A stretch of DNA of 64,000 nucleotides from Candidatus Pacearchaeota archaeon (GCA_038890875.1 JAWAFA010000001.1:419910-483909), one strand, 5' to 3'; shown: positions 37,930 through 48,175, counted from the first letter of the stretch. Program-made: numbers and translations. Notes: generated by a model not told the origin, from the letters alone.

Positions 37930-38532
37930 ATGGAGTTCAAATTTAAACTTTTTGATTTGTGGGATGTAAGTAATATCGTTGTTAATGACCCTGGTTTAAA
38001 ACGCTATCTTAATCTTGATCCAAGGCTTATCCCCCGAAGTTGTGGTAGGCTTGCAAAAAAGCGTTTCGCAAAAATAAAAATGCATGTTATTGAAAGACTT
38101 ATTAATATGTTACAAGTTCCTGGGCATCGAGGAAAAAAACATCGAATAATCACACGTTGGGCAACAGGAAAATTTAATAAAAAAATGGCTATTGTTATTG
38201 ATGTTTTTAAAAAGATCGAAGCACAAACCAATGAAAACCCGATTCAAGTTTTTGTCAGAGCGATTGAAAATGCCTCTCCCTGTGATGAGATTACAACAAT
38301 CGAATATGGTGGAGCAAGATATCCTGTCGCCGTTGATACTAGCCCATCGCGACGTCTAATGCTTGCATTAAGGCATATGGTTTGGGGAGCTTATGATAAT
38401 TCTTTTAATAAAAAACAAGATTTAGTTAACGCACTCGCTAGCGAGATTGTGCTTGCAAGTAAAAACAGTTCAGATAGTTTTGCAATAAAAAAGCGCACTG
38501 AGATTGAAAGGCAGGCTGATTCAGCAAGATGA
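37930..38532 (+). CDS. rps7: 30S ribosomal protein S7 (uS7)
   Basis: DPGLKRY, NPIQVFVRAIEN, AVDTSP.RR, ERQADSAR. Confidence 0.96.
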   Translation: MEFKFKLFDLWDVSNIVVNDPGLKRYLNLDPRLIPRSCGRLAKKRFAKIKMHVIERLINMLQVPGHRGKKHRIITRWATGKFNKKMAIVIDVFKKIEAQTNENPIQVFVRAIENASPCDEITTIEYGGARYPVAVDTSPSRRLMLALRHMVWGAYDNSFNKKQDLVNALASEIVLASKNSSDSFAIKKRTEIERQADSAR

Positions 38533-38569
38533 TTTAAGATGATTCAGCGAGTATTTTAATTTTTATTTT

Positions 38570-39943
38570 CTACTCTCCAATAAACTTTCTTAGAGCAGGA
38601 TTCATGTCATACATGTGCTGTTGGGAAATCTCTTGATAAAGCCTATGAACAATCATTACACTAAGTAAAAGCCCTGTTCCTCTAACAAGCGCTCCTAGCA
38701 AATCTGCAAATCCTGCTAACAATCCAACAGTTGCTCCTCCCATAACTGCTAGAGGCATAATATAACGCGCTAAAATTAGCTCAATTATGCGAGGGTCAGT
38801 TCTAAAGCCAGGAATGCGTAAACCACTTGCCACCATCTGCTCAGCCACACTTCTTGCATCCATTCCACTTGTTTGTACCCAAAATATACTGAATAAAATA
38901 CTAGCACCAACTAAAAATAAAAGATAGACAAATGCTTGAAGTAGCATTATTGGCTGAAAAGCACCTCTGATGATGGCTTCAATAATAGGAGGACTTGAAA
39001 GCCAAAAAGCAAGACCAGAGACAGCTTGACCTTGACTATTAAATCCTCCTAAAAAAGTTGCATGACCAGTATACCTTTGTGCTAATGTCGCAAAAAGTTG
39101 AATATTTGCAAGTAAGGCAGCGGCGAGGATAACAGGAATATTACTTGTGTATAAGAAAGAAAGAGGCCACCTTACACCAAGGCCTCTAATTCTACCAAAA
39201 CTAAGTGGGATCTCTGCACGAATAGACTGTACATAAATAACAAAAATAAAAATAAAGATTGTCGCTAAAATTGCGATAAGTGCTGATGTGGCTTCAATAG
39301 TATTGCCACTGGCAAAAGAACTAAACAACAACCAAACTTTGCCTATTGGTTGCAAATTACCTTGAGGACCAATGAAAGTGAAAGCCCTGATAAATAGTTC
39401 ATATGCTACGCCACCGACAATAAATAAAGAAACACCACTCCCAAAACCCCATTTTGTCACAACTTCATCCATAAAAATCACAAGTATCCCACCAATAGTT
39501 AGTTGTAAGATTAATAACCATTCTAAGCCAGGCACAGCTTCAAGTCCTCGCATCAAGACATAAACACTAGCTTCAAAAATAGTAAAAACCAAAGCTAAAA
39601 ATTTCTGAAGCCCCTGGAAATAAGCCCTACCTTCGTGAGTTCTTAGATCAATATTGAGAAGTTTACTCCCGACGAGAAGTTGAAGGATTATACTTGCAGT
39701 AACGATTGGCCCAATTCCCAAACTCATAATACTGCCAAATTTAGCACCAAGAATAATTGCTAGAAATTCAAAACGTGAAAGAGCATTTTCACTTAGGCCA
39801 TAAAGAGGAATTGATGAAAGAACAAAAAAAGCTCCTAAAATAATCAACACCCATTTTAACTTCTCATTAAAACTTAGCCTCCTCTCAGGTTTCTTAACCT
39901 CGGGCAAATTCAATAAAAAATCCTTAAATCCCATTTCCTCCAT
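38570..39943 (-). CDS. secY: Preprotein translocase subunit SecY
   Basis: LGIGPIVTASIILQLL, WGFGSGVSLFI, YTSNIPVIL, IPGFR, GTGLLL. Confidence 0.97.
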   Translation of the reverse strand: MEEMGFKDFLLNLPEVKKPERRLSFNEKLKWVLIILGAFFVLSSIPLYGLSENALSRFEFLAIILGAKFGSIMSLGIGPIVTASIILQLLVGSKLLNIDLRTHEGRAYFQGLQKFLALVFTIFEASVYVLMRGLEAVPGLEWLLILQLTIGGILVIFMDEVVTKWGFGSGVSLFIVGGVAYELFIRAFTFIGPQGNLQPIGKVWLLFSSFASGNTIEATSALIAILATIFIFIFVIYVQSIRAEIPLSFGRIRGLGVRWPLSFLYTSNIPVILAAALLANIQLFATLAQRYTGHATFLGGFNSQGQAVSGLAFWLSSPPIIEAIIRGAFQPIMLLQAFVYLLFLVGASILFSIFWVQTSGMDARSVAEQMVASGLRIPGFRTDPRIIELILARYIMPLAVMGGATVGLLAGFADLLGALVRGTGLLLSVMIVHRLYQEISQQHMYDMNPALRKFIGE

Positions 39944-39956
39944 TACCTCTTTTTAT

Positions 39957-40436
39957 TTATTCCTTTTTCTTTATCTTATTTTTGTTCTCTTCTTTTACTT
40001 TTACATTCACCCCATAATTTTCAAGAATCTCTTTTGCCTTTTTGCTGATACTCGCACATATCACCTCTTTACCTTTAAGTTTGTCAAAATATCCCTCAAG
40101 TTTTTTGACTACTTCAAGATTTCCAGCCAAAATTTTATATTCATCTAAATTAATTACTTTCTCTTTAGTATCATGAAACCTATAAATAATTCCTTCCAAA
40201 CTAATGTGACTTATCTTTCTTCGCTTCACTTTCTTTCTACTTTTAAATCCATACCTCCCAAGATATTTTCCATAATATCTATATACATAAGTTAACTTTT
40301 GTCCAGCTCTTTTTCCTGTTCCTGCCATTCCTTTTCCTCCCTTACTTCCCTTACCTCTATGTTTTTTTCTCGAACCGTAACCACAAGTTCTTCTTCCTCG
40401 AAGTCTGCTTCTTGCACTCCTTTTTTTTAGTTTCAT
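39957..40436 (-). CDS. rpl15: 50S ribosomal protein L15 (uL15)
   Basis: RGRRTCGYG..KKHRGKG.KGGKGMAG. Confidence 0.93.
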   Translation of the reverse strand: MKLKKRSARSRLRGRRTCGYGSRKKHRGKGSKGGKGMAGTGKRAGQKLTYVYRYYGKYLGRYGFKSRKKVKRRKISHISLEGIIYRFHDTKEKVINLDEYKILAGNLEVVKKLEGYFDKLKGKEVICASISKKAKEILENYGVNVKVKEENKNKIKKKE

Positions 40437-40753
40437 TTTAAAGTTTGTAACCTTTTTATTAAATCTTTTTTCATTTCTTGAAACATTTGTTTATCCTTAC
40501 TCTTGTTTTCCCCATAAATTATAATTTGATAATCACAATTTAAACAATTATATAAAAGAGATAAAGTAAGACTTACTTTACTTCTCTTATTTTCATCATT
40601 ATTCTCAAATCTCCATTGGTTTGTTTCTGTTTGATAAACATCACATGCCTGATAATTCTTAATAAAAGTATCATATGTTTCTTCAAGTAACTGCCCTCTT
40701 AAATTAACTATCTCTTTGCTTTTACCACAAAAAATCTCAAAAAATTTTTCCAT
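40433..40753 (-). CDS. Hypothetical protein inserted between rpl30 and rpl15
   Basis: Stop overlaps the rpl15 start (ATGA); 8 nt from rpl30. Confidence 0.6.
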   Translation of the reverse strand: MEKFFEIFCGKSKEIVNLRGQLLEETYDTFIKNYQACDVYQTETNQWRFENNDENKRSKVSLTLSLLYNCLNCDYQIIIYGENKSKDKQMFQEMKKDLIKRLQTLK

Positions 40754-40761
40754 TTTAAATT

Positions 40762-41193
40762 TTAAATCATTCTTTCGATTAATTCATTTATTTTATCACC
40801 AATATCACCTTTAATCCCTTGAGGCCACATCAGCTTTTGGCTTTTTTTAAACCCGCCTCGCGGTGGCGAAAGTCTGAAAAAAGGTTTTATTTTTTGAAAC
40901 GCTTCATCAAGTTTTTCTTTACTAAGCAATTTGATTATTTCATCAACCTCTTTTTTTTCAAGCTTTTTATTTCCAGGCTTTCTTCCCCGCTCTTCAATCA
41001 ACTTTTTCAATATCTCTTCATTAATTCTACCATAACTAATATATGCTGCTACTTTTTTCAACATACCTAAAATCTCTGGTTTTTCTAAGTATAATGAACA
41101 AGCAAATTTTTGTCTTAAACGAAGCATAAAAAGAGTATCTTTAATTTCTTTTGGTATATTCACTCTGCCCTTGATTCTAATTGCTGCAATCAT
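40762..41193 (-). CDS. rpl30: 50S ribosomal protein L30 (uL30)
   Basis: AAIRIKG, DTLFMLRL, FRLSPPRGGF, INELIERMI. Confidence 0.94.
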   Translation of the reverse strand: MIAAIRIKGRVNIPKEIKDTLFMLRLRQKFACSLYLEKPEILGMLKKVAAYISYGRINEEILKKLIEERGRKPGNKKLEKKEVDEIIKLLSKEKLDEAFQKIKPFFRLSPPRGGFKKSQKLMWPQGIKGDIGDKINELIERMI

Positions 41194-41200
41194 TTTCCTC

Positions 41201-42058
41201 TTATTCTACCAATCTATTTAATTTTTTTAAGGCAAGAATTACGCTTTTAATATGATTTATTTTTGTTCTTGTTTTTCCCCGTGATTGTACATAAATATCT
41301 TTTATTCCTGCGAGTCTAAATATCTTCTTACATTCATCATCAGCTACTAAGCCTGTTCCTCTTGGTGCTGGCTTTAAAACAACACTTGAACTTCCGCACC
41401 TAGCTTCTATCTTAACTGGGATGCTATGTTGTTCATTGCACCCGCAATCGAAACTACCGCAACCTCTTACCACTTTAAAAATGTTTATTTTAGCATTTCT
41501 AATAGCTTTTTCTCTAGCTGGAAGGGTCTCTTTAGCTTTTCCATAGCCAATCCCAATATGCCCGGCTTTATCTCCAACTACAACAAGTGTAGAGAATTCA
41601 GGCACATTTCCTTCAGCTGTCTTTTTTTGTGTTTGTCTCCATGCTCTTCTCTTGCCACCACCAAATTTTCCTCGTGCGTGACCTATGTTTATTAGTTCGT
41701 ATTCAAGTGAGGGAAGTAAAATATCAATTATCTCTGATTCAAATATTTTTCTCCCTAATAATTCATCAATATTCATAATTTTTCCTTGTTTAACTTCTAA
41801 TCCAAGAGCTGTTTTTGGTTTCCAACTAGCTAATTTTTCTTCTCGCTCTTTTTTTATTTTTTCTTCAGGTGTAAGCTCAATTTCTTCCTTTTCCTTAATC
41901 CCTTCTATTCCCTCTTCAACTTCTTCCTTTGTAATCTCTTCAACAAGTGGTTCAATGAGTGGTTCAACTTTCTCTTCTATTCCTTCTCGCCCAATCTCTT
42001 TTTTTTCACTTTCTAATATGTCACGTTTTTTGCTCATACCTCTTCCTTTTGTTCCCAT
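41201..42058 (-). CDS. rps5: 30S ribosomal protein S5 (uS5) with acidic N-terminal extension
   Basis: WKPKTALG, VVVGD..GHIGIG.GK, CGSFDC.C...HS, PAPRGTGL. Confidence 0.95.
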   Translation of the reverse strand: MGTKGRGMSKKRDILESEKKEIGREGIEEKVEPLIEPLVEEITKEEVEEGIEGIKEKEEIELTPEEKIKKEREEKLASWKPKTALGLEVKQGKIMNIDELLGRKIFESEIIDILLPSLEYELINIGHARGKFGGGKRRAWRQTQKKTAEGNVPEFSTLVVVGDKAGHIGIGYGKAKETLPAREKAIRNAKINIFKVVRGCGSFDCGCNEQHSIPVKIEARCGSSSVVLKPAPRGTGLVADDECKKIFRLAGIKDIYVQSRGKTRTKINHIKSVILALKKLNRLVE

Positions 42059-42064
42059 CTTATT

Positions 42065-42556
42065 TTATTTTGTTAAAATTTTATTTTCAATTGCTTTCAC
42101 ATTAGCCTCTATTTCATGACTTATATGCCTACCATAAATTCTCTCATTTACTGGTAATATTTTTTCATTGAGGTTTATCTTTAAAAATTTGCTTGCTCCA
42201 TAAGCAGCTGTAAAAAGCCTATTCCCTTTGGTAGCTCGATTAAGCCCAATATCAACAATTGCTTCATCAATCCCTCTTTCTTTTGCAAGTTTGCCTAAAA
42301 GAAGGCCTGTTAAATAACATGCAGGTAAATTCTTAAAACTATATTTCCATCCCAGATCTGCTAGTTTCTTTGAGGTAACTCCGATAACCACACTATCTTG
42401 CGCTTCCTTGCTTATTACAATCTGTGCTATTAAATACCTACTAGTCTTTCTAACAACTAGCCTTGGCTTTCTTCCTTCAAGTAACTTTAATCTTTTAGCA
42501 TAATTAGTTTTACCTTCACGCCTTCTTCGTTTCTGAATTGCAATTCTCTTCCCCAT
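42065..42556 (-). CDS. rpl18: 50S ribosomal protein L18 (uL18)
   Basis: RRRREGKTNYAKRL, RLVVRKT, NLPACYLTG. Confidence 0.95.
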   Translation of the reverse strand: MGKRIAIQKRRRREGKTNYAKRLKLLEGRKPRLVVRKTSRYLIAQIVISKEAQDSVVIGVTSKKLADLGWKYSFKNLPACYLTGLLLGKLAKERGIDEAIVDIGLNRATKGNRLFTAAYGASKFLKINLNEKILPVNERIYGRHISHEIEANVKAIENKILTK

Positions 42557-42557
42557 T

Positions 42558-43001
42558 TTAAATTTTTTTACCTTCGTTTACTCTTAAATATTCTATAAGT
42601 GCCTTCTTGCTTTTAAAAAGTCCGGATTTGGCAAACTTTCTTAATTTTTTGTACTCTTTACTATTTATAACCCCTCTATTTTTCAAAGCTTTTAAATAAG
42701 CTCGAAGATTTCTTATTAAAATTACATACTCTCTTTTTCTTCTTACAATATACTTTTTAATTTTTCCTGGGCCGCGTTTTCTGCCTTTTTTCTTTCTTGC
42801 CTGCCTTTTTCTTCCTGCTCTTCTTTTATACCCTTTAACTGGTTTCTTTGTGATTGCTTTATCTTTTATTAACTCTTCAATATCTTTTCTTGTTATAGCA
42901 TCTTTGATTTCATCAAGCCTCTCAGGATCAAATTTAACTCTACCTAAACCAACTTTCATAATTCTTGCTGCCAATCTCTTCTGCATTCTTAAATTTACCA
43001 T
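42558..43001 (-). CDS. rpl19e: 50S ribosomal protein L19e
   Basis: QKRLAARIMKVG..RV, AITR.DI, GR.RGPG, AKSG.F. Confidence 0.94.
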   Translation of the reverse strand: MVNLRMQKRLAARIMKVGLGRVKFDPERLDEIKDAITRKDIEELIKDKAITKKPVKGYKRRAGRKRQARKKKGRKRGPGKIKKYIVRRKREYVILIRNLRAYLKALKNRGVINSKEYKKLRKFAKSGLFKSKKALIEYLRVNEGKKI

Positions 43002-43196
43002 CAAAAGAAGAATTTCTATAGTTTTTAAAGATTTTTGTAAGCATTCTTAACCAAGTTTAGACTTTTTGTGAAGCATTTTAAGCTTACTTGCTTAAATTTT
43101 CCATTTATTTCTTTGAAAAGTAATAATTACTTTATAATAGCAAAATTTAAAATTTTTCCAAAGAAATCTTTAAAAACATATTTTACATTTCTTTTA

Positions 43197-43550
43197 ATGG
43201 AAATTGAAGTTGGGAAGGTTACACATTTTTTTACTAACATCAGTGTTGCCGTTATTGAACTCAAAGACAAAATTGCCGAAGGAGATAAAATTCATATAAA
43301 AGGAGCAACAACTGATTTTATGCAGAAAATAGAGAGTATGCAGATAAATCACAAACCTGTAAAAGAGGCTGGCTATGGACAAAGTATAGGACTAAAGGTA
43401 AAGGATAGGGTAAGAGAGGGGGATATTGTATACAAAATTGTTGAGGAAGAAGTGGAAGCAGAAAAAGCAGAGAAAGGAGGAAAAGTCGGAAAAGCAGAGA
43501 AAGCTACTGAGGTAAAGGTTAAAAAAAGAGGTCGGCCAAAGAAAAAATAA
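43197..43550 (+). CDS. Translation elongation factor-like beta-barrel protein with K/E-rich tail
   Basis: VGKVTHFF..ISVAVI, GD.IHIKG.TTDF.Q..ESMQI, IGLKV..RVREGD; start set at ATG 43197. Confidence 0.8.
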   Translation: MEIEVGKVTHFFTNISVAVIELKDKIAEGDKIHIKGATTDFMQKIESMQINHKPVKEAGYGQSIGLKVKDRVREGDIVYKIVEEEVEAEKAEKGGKVGKAEKATEVKVKKRGRPKKK

Positions 43551-43651
43551 CAAGTAAGAGAAATACACTAAAGAAGAAAAAATAACGAGAGATAATTAGA
43601 CTAGAGTAGAATAAAAATAGCAGTCAGTAAATAATCATTTTAATTCTTCAA

Positions 43652-44266
43652 ATGGGAAGAAATCTAGCAGAATCGAAATTGGTAATTGGTCTGATGGGAA
43701 CTATTGCTAGTGGAAAAGGGACTGTGGCTAGCTATCTTGTTGATAGATGGGGCTTTAAACGAATAATTCTGGGAAATCTTGTCAGAGCTCTAGCGAGAAA
43801 GCAGGGAATAAAGCCTACACGTGAGAACTTGCATAACTTGCAAGCAAAGTATAGAGCTAAAGATCAGGCGTATTTTATAAAAAAAGTAATCGCCAAAATT
43901 GGAAAAAGCAAATATGACAAATGGGTTGTCGATGGTCTACGCAATCCTGAAGATGCACGCTGGTTAAAAAAATTTTTCGATGCCAAATTAGTTTTTATTG
44001 ACGCACCTCTCAAACTTAGATGGGAAAGAGCAAAAAAGAGAAGGCGAGGTAAAGAAAAAGAGGAAAGTCTTGGCGAGTTTAAGAAAATAGAAAAAGAAGA
44101 AAACAGAATATTTCATTTTAACATAACTAAGCGCTATGCTGATTTTAAAATCATCAATGATGGAAGTAAGGAGAAAGCTTGGCAAGAAATGGAAAGGATA
44201 TTAAGTGAGATAGGACTTAAAACTAAAAGAAAAGTACAACAAGCAAAGCCAATACAAACATATTAA
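43652..44266 (+). CDS. P-loop nucleotide kinase (UPF0200/dephospho-CoA kinase-like)
   Basis: GTIASGKGT Walker A, VDGLR, R.ER lid, ADF.IINDG. Confidence 0.82.
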   Translation: MGRNLAESKLVIGLMGTIASGKGTVASYLVDRWGFKRIILGNLVRALARKQGIKPTRENLHNLQAKYRAKDQAYFIKKVIAKIGKSKYDKWVVDGLRNPEDARWLKKFFDAKLVFIDAPLKLRWERAKKRRRGKEKEESLGEFKKIEKEENRIFHFNITKRYADFKIINDGSKEKAWQEMERILSEIGLKTKRKVQQAKPIQTY

Positions 44267-44948
44267 GAAAATCTGCAAAAGAAGTTGTAATAGGGATCAA
44301 AAAGTTGTTCGGATCTTCACCTTTCTTATAATAATACTTTCCAGCAAGCAAAGCAATGAGAAACATTAGTGAGATTATAAAAATAGTGTTAATCATGACA
44401 ATTGCAAATACTTTTAGCGCAATTATAAAATTAAATTGTGAGAAGAAACTAGAAATGGCACTTGCTATCACAACTCCTAAAAAAGCAAAGAAGAGCCCAA
44501 CAATTAATATCTGGGCCAGAAGCTTGTTTAACTCTCGTTTCAATTTCCTTGTTTCAAGTCGCTCATGTAACATTGTGGAATATTTGGAAGTAATTATCGT
44601 GCCATAATCACCGATCATATCGTTTAAAAAAGGAAGTAAAATAAGAATTGGTAGAATAGTAACAAAAAGTTCTTTAATTTTTTCCAAAGCAATTCCTCCA
44701 ATTGAGCTGATAAGTGAAGCGACAAGCAAAATGAGCAAACTTTCATTTATTATAACTTTGGGAATGTTCGAATGCGGGCCGTACTCTTTTATATATAATA
44801 ATGTCTTTTTTGAAAGCCCACTCTTCTTATGCACTTTATGAATTAATGGATGATATCTATGTCTTGCTATCTTTTTAATTATCTTTAACTCTTGCCGTGC
44901 TTTTCTTAACGCCTTTTTTCCTAACTTTTTAAACTTTATTACAACCAT
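44223..44948 (-). CDS. MgtE-family divalent cation transporter (membrane domain)
   Basis: P.L.DM.G.YG, GEDPNNF.IPITTSFAD. Confidence 0.85.
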   Translation of the reverse strand: MVVIKFKKLGKKALRKARQELKIIKKIARHRYHPLIHKVHKKSGLSKKTLLYIKEYGPHSNIPKVIINESLLILLVASLISSIGGIALEKIKELFVTILPILILLPFLNDMIGDYGTIITSKYSTMLHERLETRKLKRELNKLLAQILIVGLFFAFLGVVIASAISSFFSQFNFIIALKVFAIVMINTIFIISLMFLIALLAGKYYYKKGEDPNNFLIPITTSFADFLNMFVLALLVVLFF

Positions 44949-44959
44949 TTTAAATCTAT

Positions 44960-45508
44960 TTAAATTATGATTAATGCTAATAACAATGAACCTATGCTAA
45001 CAATATCTCCTATTGAGGTTAGGAAAGGGCCCATGATATTGTTTGGGTCATGGCCGGCTTTAAATAAATAGAGAGTAGTCAAGATTGTTATTGGAATTTC
45101 TATGATATTAGCTATAAACCCAGCAATTATAGGCAAGAATAAAATTTCTATAACTAGCATTCTAAAGGCAAAAAAAGTAAAAACTACCCCAACTAAACCA
45201 AGAAAAGTACAAATTATTAAGGCAAGAAGAAAAGATGCAATTATATTCCCTTTAATTAGTTTTTCTCGACGGTAAAGGTGTTTTGTATCGATGAACCCAA
45301 TAAACAGACCAGAGCTTATTCGTGAAGCCAAAGTCCCACTTAAATTCCCTTGCATTTCGAGAAAGCCAGGTAAAATAAACAATATCCCTGGAATAAAGAT
45401 AAGCTTATTAGTTGAAATTGCTAAAAGAATTCCTGCGATTAAACCAAGTGAAATTGAAATTGCTTCTGAAAAAAATATTTCTTTAAAGCTTTTATCAAAT
45501 ACTACCAT
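44960..45508 (-). CDS. MgtE-family divalent cation transporter (membrane domain)
   Basis: PGFLEMQGN.SG..ASR, GHDPNNIMGP.LTSIGD; start set at ATG 45508. Confidence 0.85.
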   Translation of the reverse strand: MVVFDKSFKEIFFSEAISISLGLIAGILLAISTNKLIFIPGILFILPGFLEMQGNLSGTLASRISSGLFIGFIDTKHLYRREKLIKGNIIASFLLALIICTFLGLVGVVFTFFAFRMLVIEILFLPIIAGFIANIIEIPITILTTLYLFKAGHDPNNIMGPFLTSIGDIVSIGSLLLALIII

Positions 45509-45542
45509 ATTTTTTAATAGTACATGCAATTAAAAATCTTAA

Positions 45543-45615
45543 GGGGCTGTAGTCTAACCTGGTAGGATTCAGGCTTCGGGAGCCTGCGATCTGGGTTCGA
45601 ATCCCAGCAGCCCCA
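45543..45615 (+). tRNA. tRNA-Pro(CGG)
   Basis: Acceptor ggggctg/cagcccc, anticodon arm caggc-ttCGGga-gcctg, T arm ctggg-ttcgaat-cccag; no encoded CCA. Confidence 0.93.
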
Positions 45616-45673
45616 TCGCTAAAAAGCAAAAAATAGCAAGAAATATTTAAAAACTGTAAAAACAAGAAAAAGC

Positions 45674-45940
45674 ATGGTAATCGAGGCCATAGTTGCTAAT
45701 TTTAGACGAGGTAAACATACTTATAAACCAAGGCAGTTTTTGTTAGTCGTTGATATGCCCCGAGAAAAAGCCAAAGAGCTGATTGGAAAAGAAGTAGTTT
45801 ATGAATGCCCAGGCAAAAAAGGCAAGAAGATAAAAGGAATTGTCAAGAGGTTTCATGGGAACAAGGCAACATTACTTGCCTATTTCGAGAAAGGGTTGCC
45901 TGGTCAGGTGCTTGGAACTAAAGTAAAAATTTTTGTTTAA
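45674..45940 (+). CDS. rpl35ae: 50S ribosomal protein L35Ae
   Basis: NFRRG, LIGK.V, G...HGN, F.KGLPGQ.LG. Confidence 0.92.
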   Translation: MVIEAIVANFRRGKHTYKPRQFLLVVDMPREKAKELIGKEVVYECPGKKGKKIKGIVKRFHGNKATLLAYFEKGLPGQVLGTKVKIFV

Positions 45941-45941
45941 A

Positions 45942-46478
45942 ATGGTAATAAAAAAAGCTAGTGCATTTAGTAAGCCGAAAAGCCCAGCATATACAAGAAA
46001 AAGTAAGAAGCGAAAGCTAAATTTTGTTAAAGGATGGCTTCCAATTAAAATACAAAAATTTACTATGGGAAACCTTGATGCTTTCAATGCTGGTAAATTC
46101 AATTTTTATGTAAAACTTGTTGGTAATGAGCCGATACAAATAAGAGATAATGCAATCGAAGCGTGTAGGAGACAAATTTTGCGACATCTTGATGCTAAAG
46201 TTGGCAAGAATAATTATTATTTTATTGTTGCTAAATATCCTCATCAAATTTTACGGGAAAATAAAATAGCAACAGGAGCCGGAGCTGATAGAACTTCAAC
46301 AGGAATGCAACTTGCTTTCGGTGCTGTTGTAGGGAATGCCGCGATAATAGCTCCAGGTGATCCGATCTTTCTTATAGCAACAACAAAAGAATTTATAAAC
46401 TATGCAAGAGATATTTTTGATAGGGTTTGCCCCAAATTACCAGGAAAAAAAAGAATAGAAGTTGAAGAAATAAAATGA
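45942..46478 (+). CDS. rpl10e: 50S ribosomal protein L10e/L16 (uL16)
   Basis: AYTR, QIRDNAIEACR, YPHQILRENK..TGAGADR...GM..AFG, KLP. Confidence 0.94.
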   Translation: MVIKKASAFSKPKSPAYTRKSKKRKLNFVKGWLPIKIQKFTMGNLDAFNAGKFNFYVKLVGNEPIQIRDNAIEACRRQILRHLDAKVGKNNYYFIVAKYPHQILRENKIATGAGADRTSTGMQLAFGAVVGNAAIIAPGDPIFLIATTKEFINYARDIFDRVCPKLPGKKRIEVEEIK

Positions 46479-46783
46479 TAGCGAGAATAAAACTAATGAG
46501 TATAAATATAGATGAGCTAAATCAGGTAGTTGAGGCTATTTTAGATTCTGCAAAAAAACAAGGAGTAATTGTGAGAGGGCCTATTCCTCTGCCAACTCAA
46601 AGATTAAAAATAACAACAAGGAAAAGCCCATGTGGAAATGGCACTGAAACTTATGATAAATTTGAAATGCGTATTCACAAACGTGTTATTGATATCCCTG
46701 CTGATGAAAAACTTTTGCACAACATAATAAGGCTTCCTATTCCAAGAGAGGTTAATATTGAAATAAAGATGAAAGAAGAGTAG
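46475..46783 (+). CDS. rps10: 30S ribosomal protein S10 (uS10)
   Basis: GPIPLPT, TRKSPCGNG, MRIHKRVID. Confidence 0.96.
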   Translation: MIARIKLMSINIDELNQVVEAILDSAKKQGVIVRGPIPLPTQRLKITTRKSPCGNGTETYDKFEMRIHKRVIDIPADEKLLHNIIRLPIPREVNIEIKMKEE

Positions 46784-46834
46784 AATAAAAGAAAAATATA
46801 TGCGATATTATATATACGATATTTAATAAGATAT

Positions 46835-48175
46835 TTACATAAAAAATTCTTTGTAAAGTGCATTTACAGCTTTCTTTGCATCCTTGTTTTTTACACCAAA
46901 AATCATATTTATCTCTGATGCTCCTTGATTCATTATTCTTATGTTTATTTTTTCCCTAGCCAAAGCTCCTGTTGCTCTAGAGGCAATTCCAGGAGTGTAC
47001 TTCATGCCAATTCCAACAACACATATTAATGAAAGTTCATCATCTATTTCTAAAGAGTCTGGTCTCAATTTTTCTTTTATCTTTAGGCATAATCTTTCAA
47101 GCTTATTCCCAAGCTGGCTTTCATGAATGACAAGAGATAAATTATCAATGGCTCCAGGCATATGCTCAAACGAAACATCTTCTTCATAAACGATATCGAA
47201 TAATTTTTTACAAAATCCCTTTTCTCTATTCATCAACCATTTTTTTATATTTATACTTATGAAACCATCTTTCACAGCTATTCCGCTTACTAACTCACTA
47301 GGCTCACGCTTATTTACAATGAGTGTCCCTTGATTTGGATAGTTAAATGTATTTCTAAGATGTATTGGTATCTGGGCTTCAACACAAGGAAAAACAGCCT
47401 CTTCTTGCAAAGCCGTAGTTCCCATATAACTAAGCTCTCTCATTTCTTCATAAGTTAAAACATCAATCTTCTTTGGATTGGCAACGATTTTTGGATTAGC
47501 AGCAAAAATGCCATCAACATCTGTGAAATTTTCATAGACCTCTGCATTTACAGCCTTGGCAATTACTGCTCCTGTAAGATCACTTCCTCCTCTTGCAAAT
47601 GTTGCAATCTTGCCTTCTTTAGTAATACCATAAAATCCAGGTATAACTACAACCTCTTGAATTTCTTGCAATATTTTTAGATTATTATAAGCCTCATGAA
47701 GAGGCAAAGCATTTCCAAATTCAGAGCTAACAACAAGACCATATTCTTCAGGTAATACTAACTTCGTGTTTACTCCTTGTGCAAGAAGGTATCTTGCAAT
47801 GAGCTCAGCATTTAGTCTCTCACCAGTCGCTTTGACATAATCAAAGTATTCTTCTTCGCTTTTATGTTCATTTAAACTTTTAACTCTCTTTTGCAATCTA
47901 CTTTCTAAAGGCATGTCAATGTTAAGCTGATCGCATATTTGTTCAAATTTTTTATATAACAACCAAAACTCATCAGAGAGCTCTTCTTTCTTAAAATAGA
48001 TTTCAGCACATTTGATTAATAAATCTGTTACTTTAATATCATTAGCATTTTCTTTGCCAGGCGCAGAAACAACAATATATTTTCTATTCGGATTATCTTT
48101 AATTATTTCATAAACTCGATGAATTCGCTCGGCATTGGCAAGAGAAGTGCCTCCAAACTTACATACATATACCAT
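46835..48175 (-). CDS. lysC: Aspartate kinase (AKIII/YclM-like, two ACT domains)
   Basis: KFGGTSLA, VVSAPGK, KVTDLLI, TFARGGSD.TG, ENFTDVDG, EMRELSY.G. Confidence 0.92.
   Translation of the reverse strand: MVYVCKFGGTSLANAERIHRVYEIIKDNPNRKYIVVSAPGKENANDIKVTDLLIKCAEIYFKKEELSDEFWLLYKKFEQICDQLNIDMPLESRLQKRVKSLNEHKSEEEYFDYVKATGERLNAELIARYLLAQGVNTKLVLPEEYGLVVSSEFGNALPLHEAYNNLKILQEIQEVVVIPGFYGITKEGKIATFARGGSDLTGAVIAKAVNAEVYENFTDVDGIFAANPKIVANPKKIDVLTYEEMRELSYMGTTALQEEAVFPCVEAQIPIHLRNTFNYPNQGTLIVNKREPSELVSGIAVKDGFISINIKKWLMNREKGFCKKLFDIVYEEDVSFEHMPGAIDNLSLVIHESQLGNKLERLCLKIKEKLRPDSLEIDDELSLICVVGIGMKYTPGIASRATGALAREKINIRIMNQGASEINMIFGVKNKDAKKAVNALYKEFFM

Noticed and set aside
43550..43652. Purine-rich spacer as a possible ncRNA
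   Set aside because: Low complexity with no convincing stems
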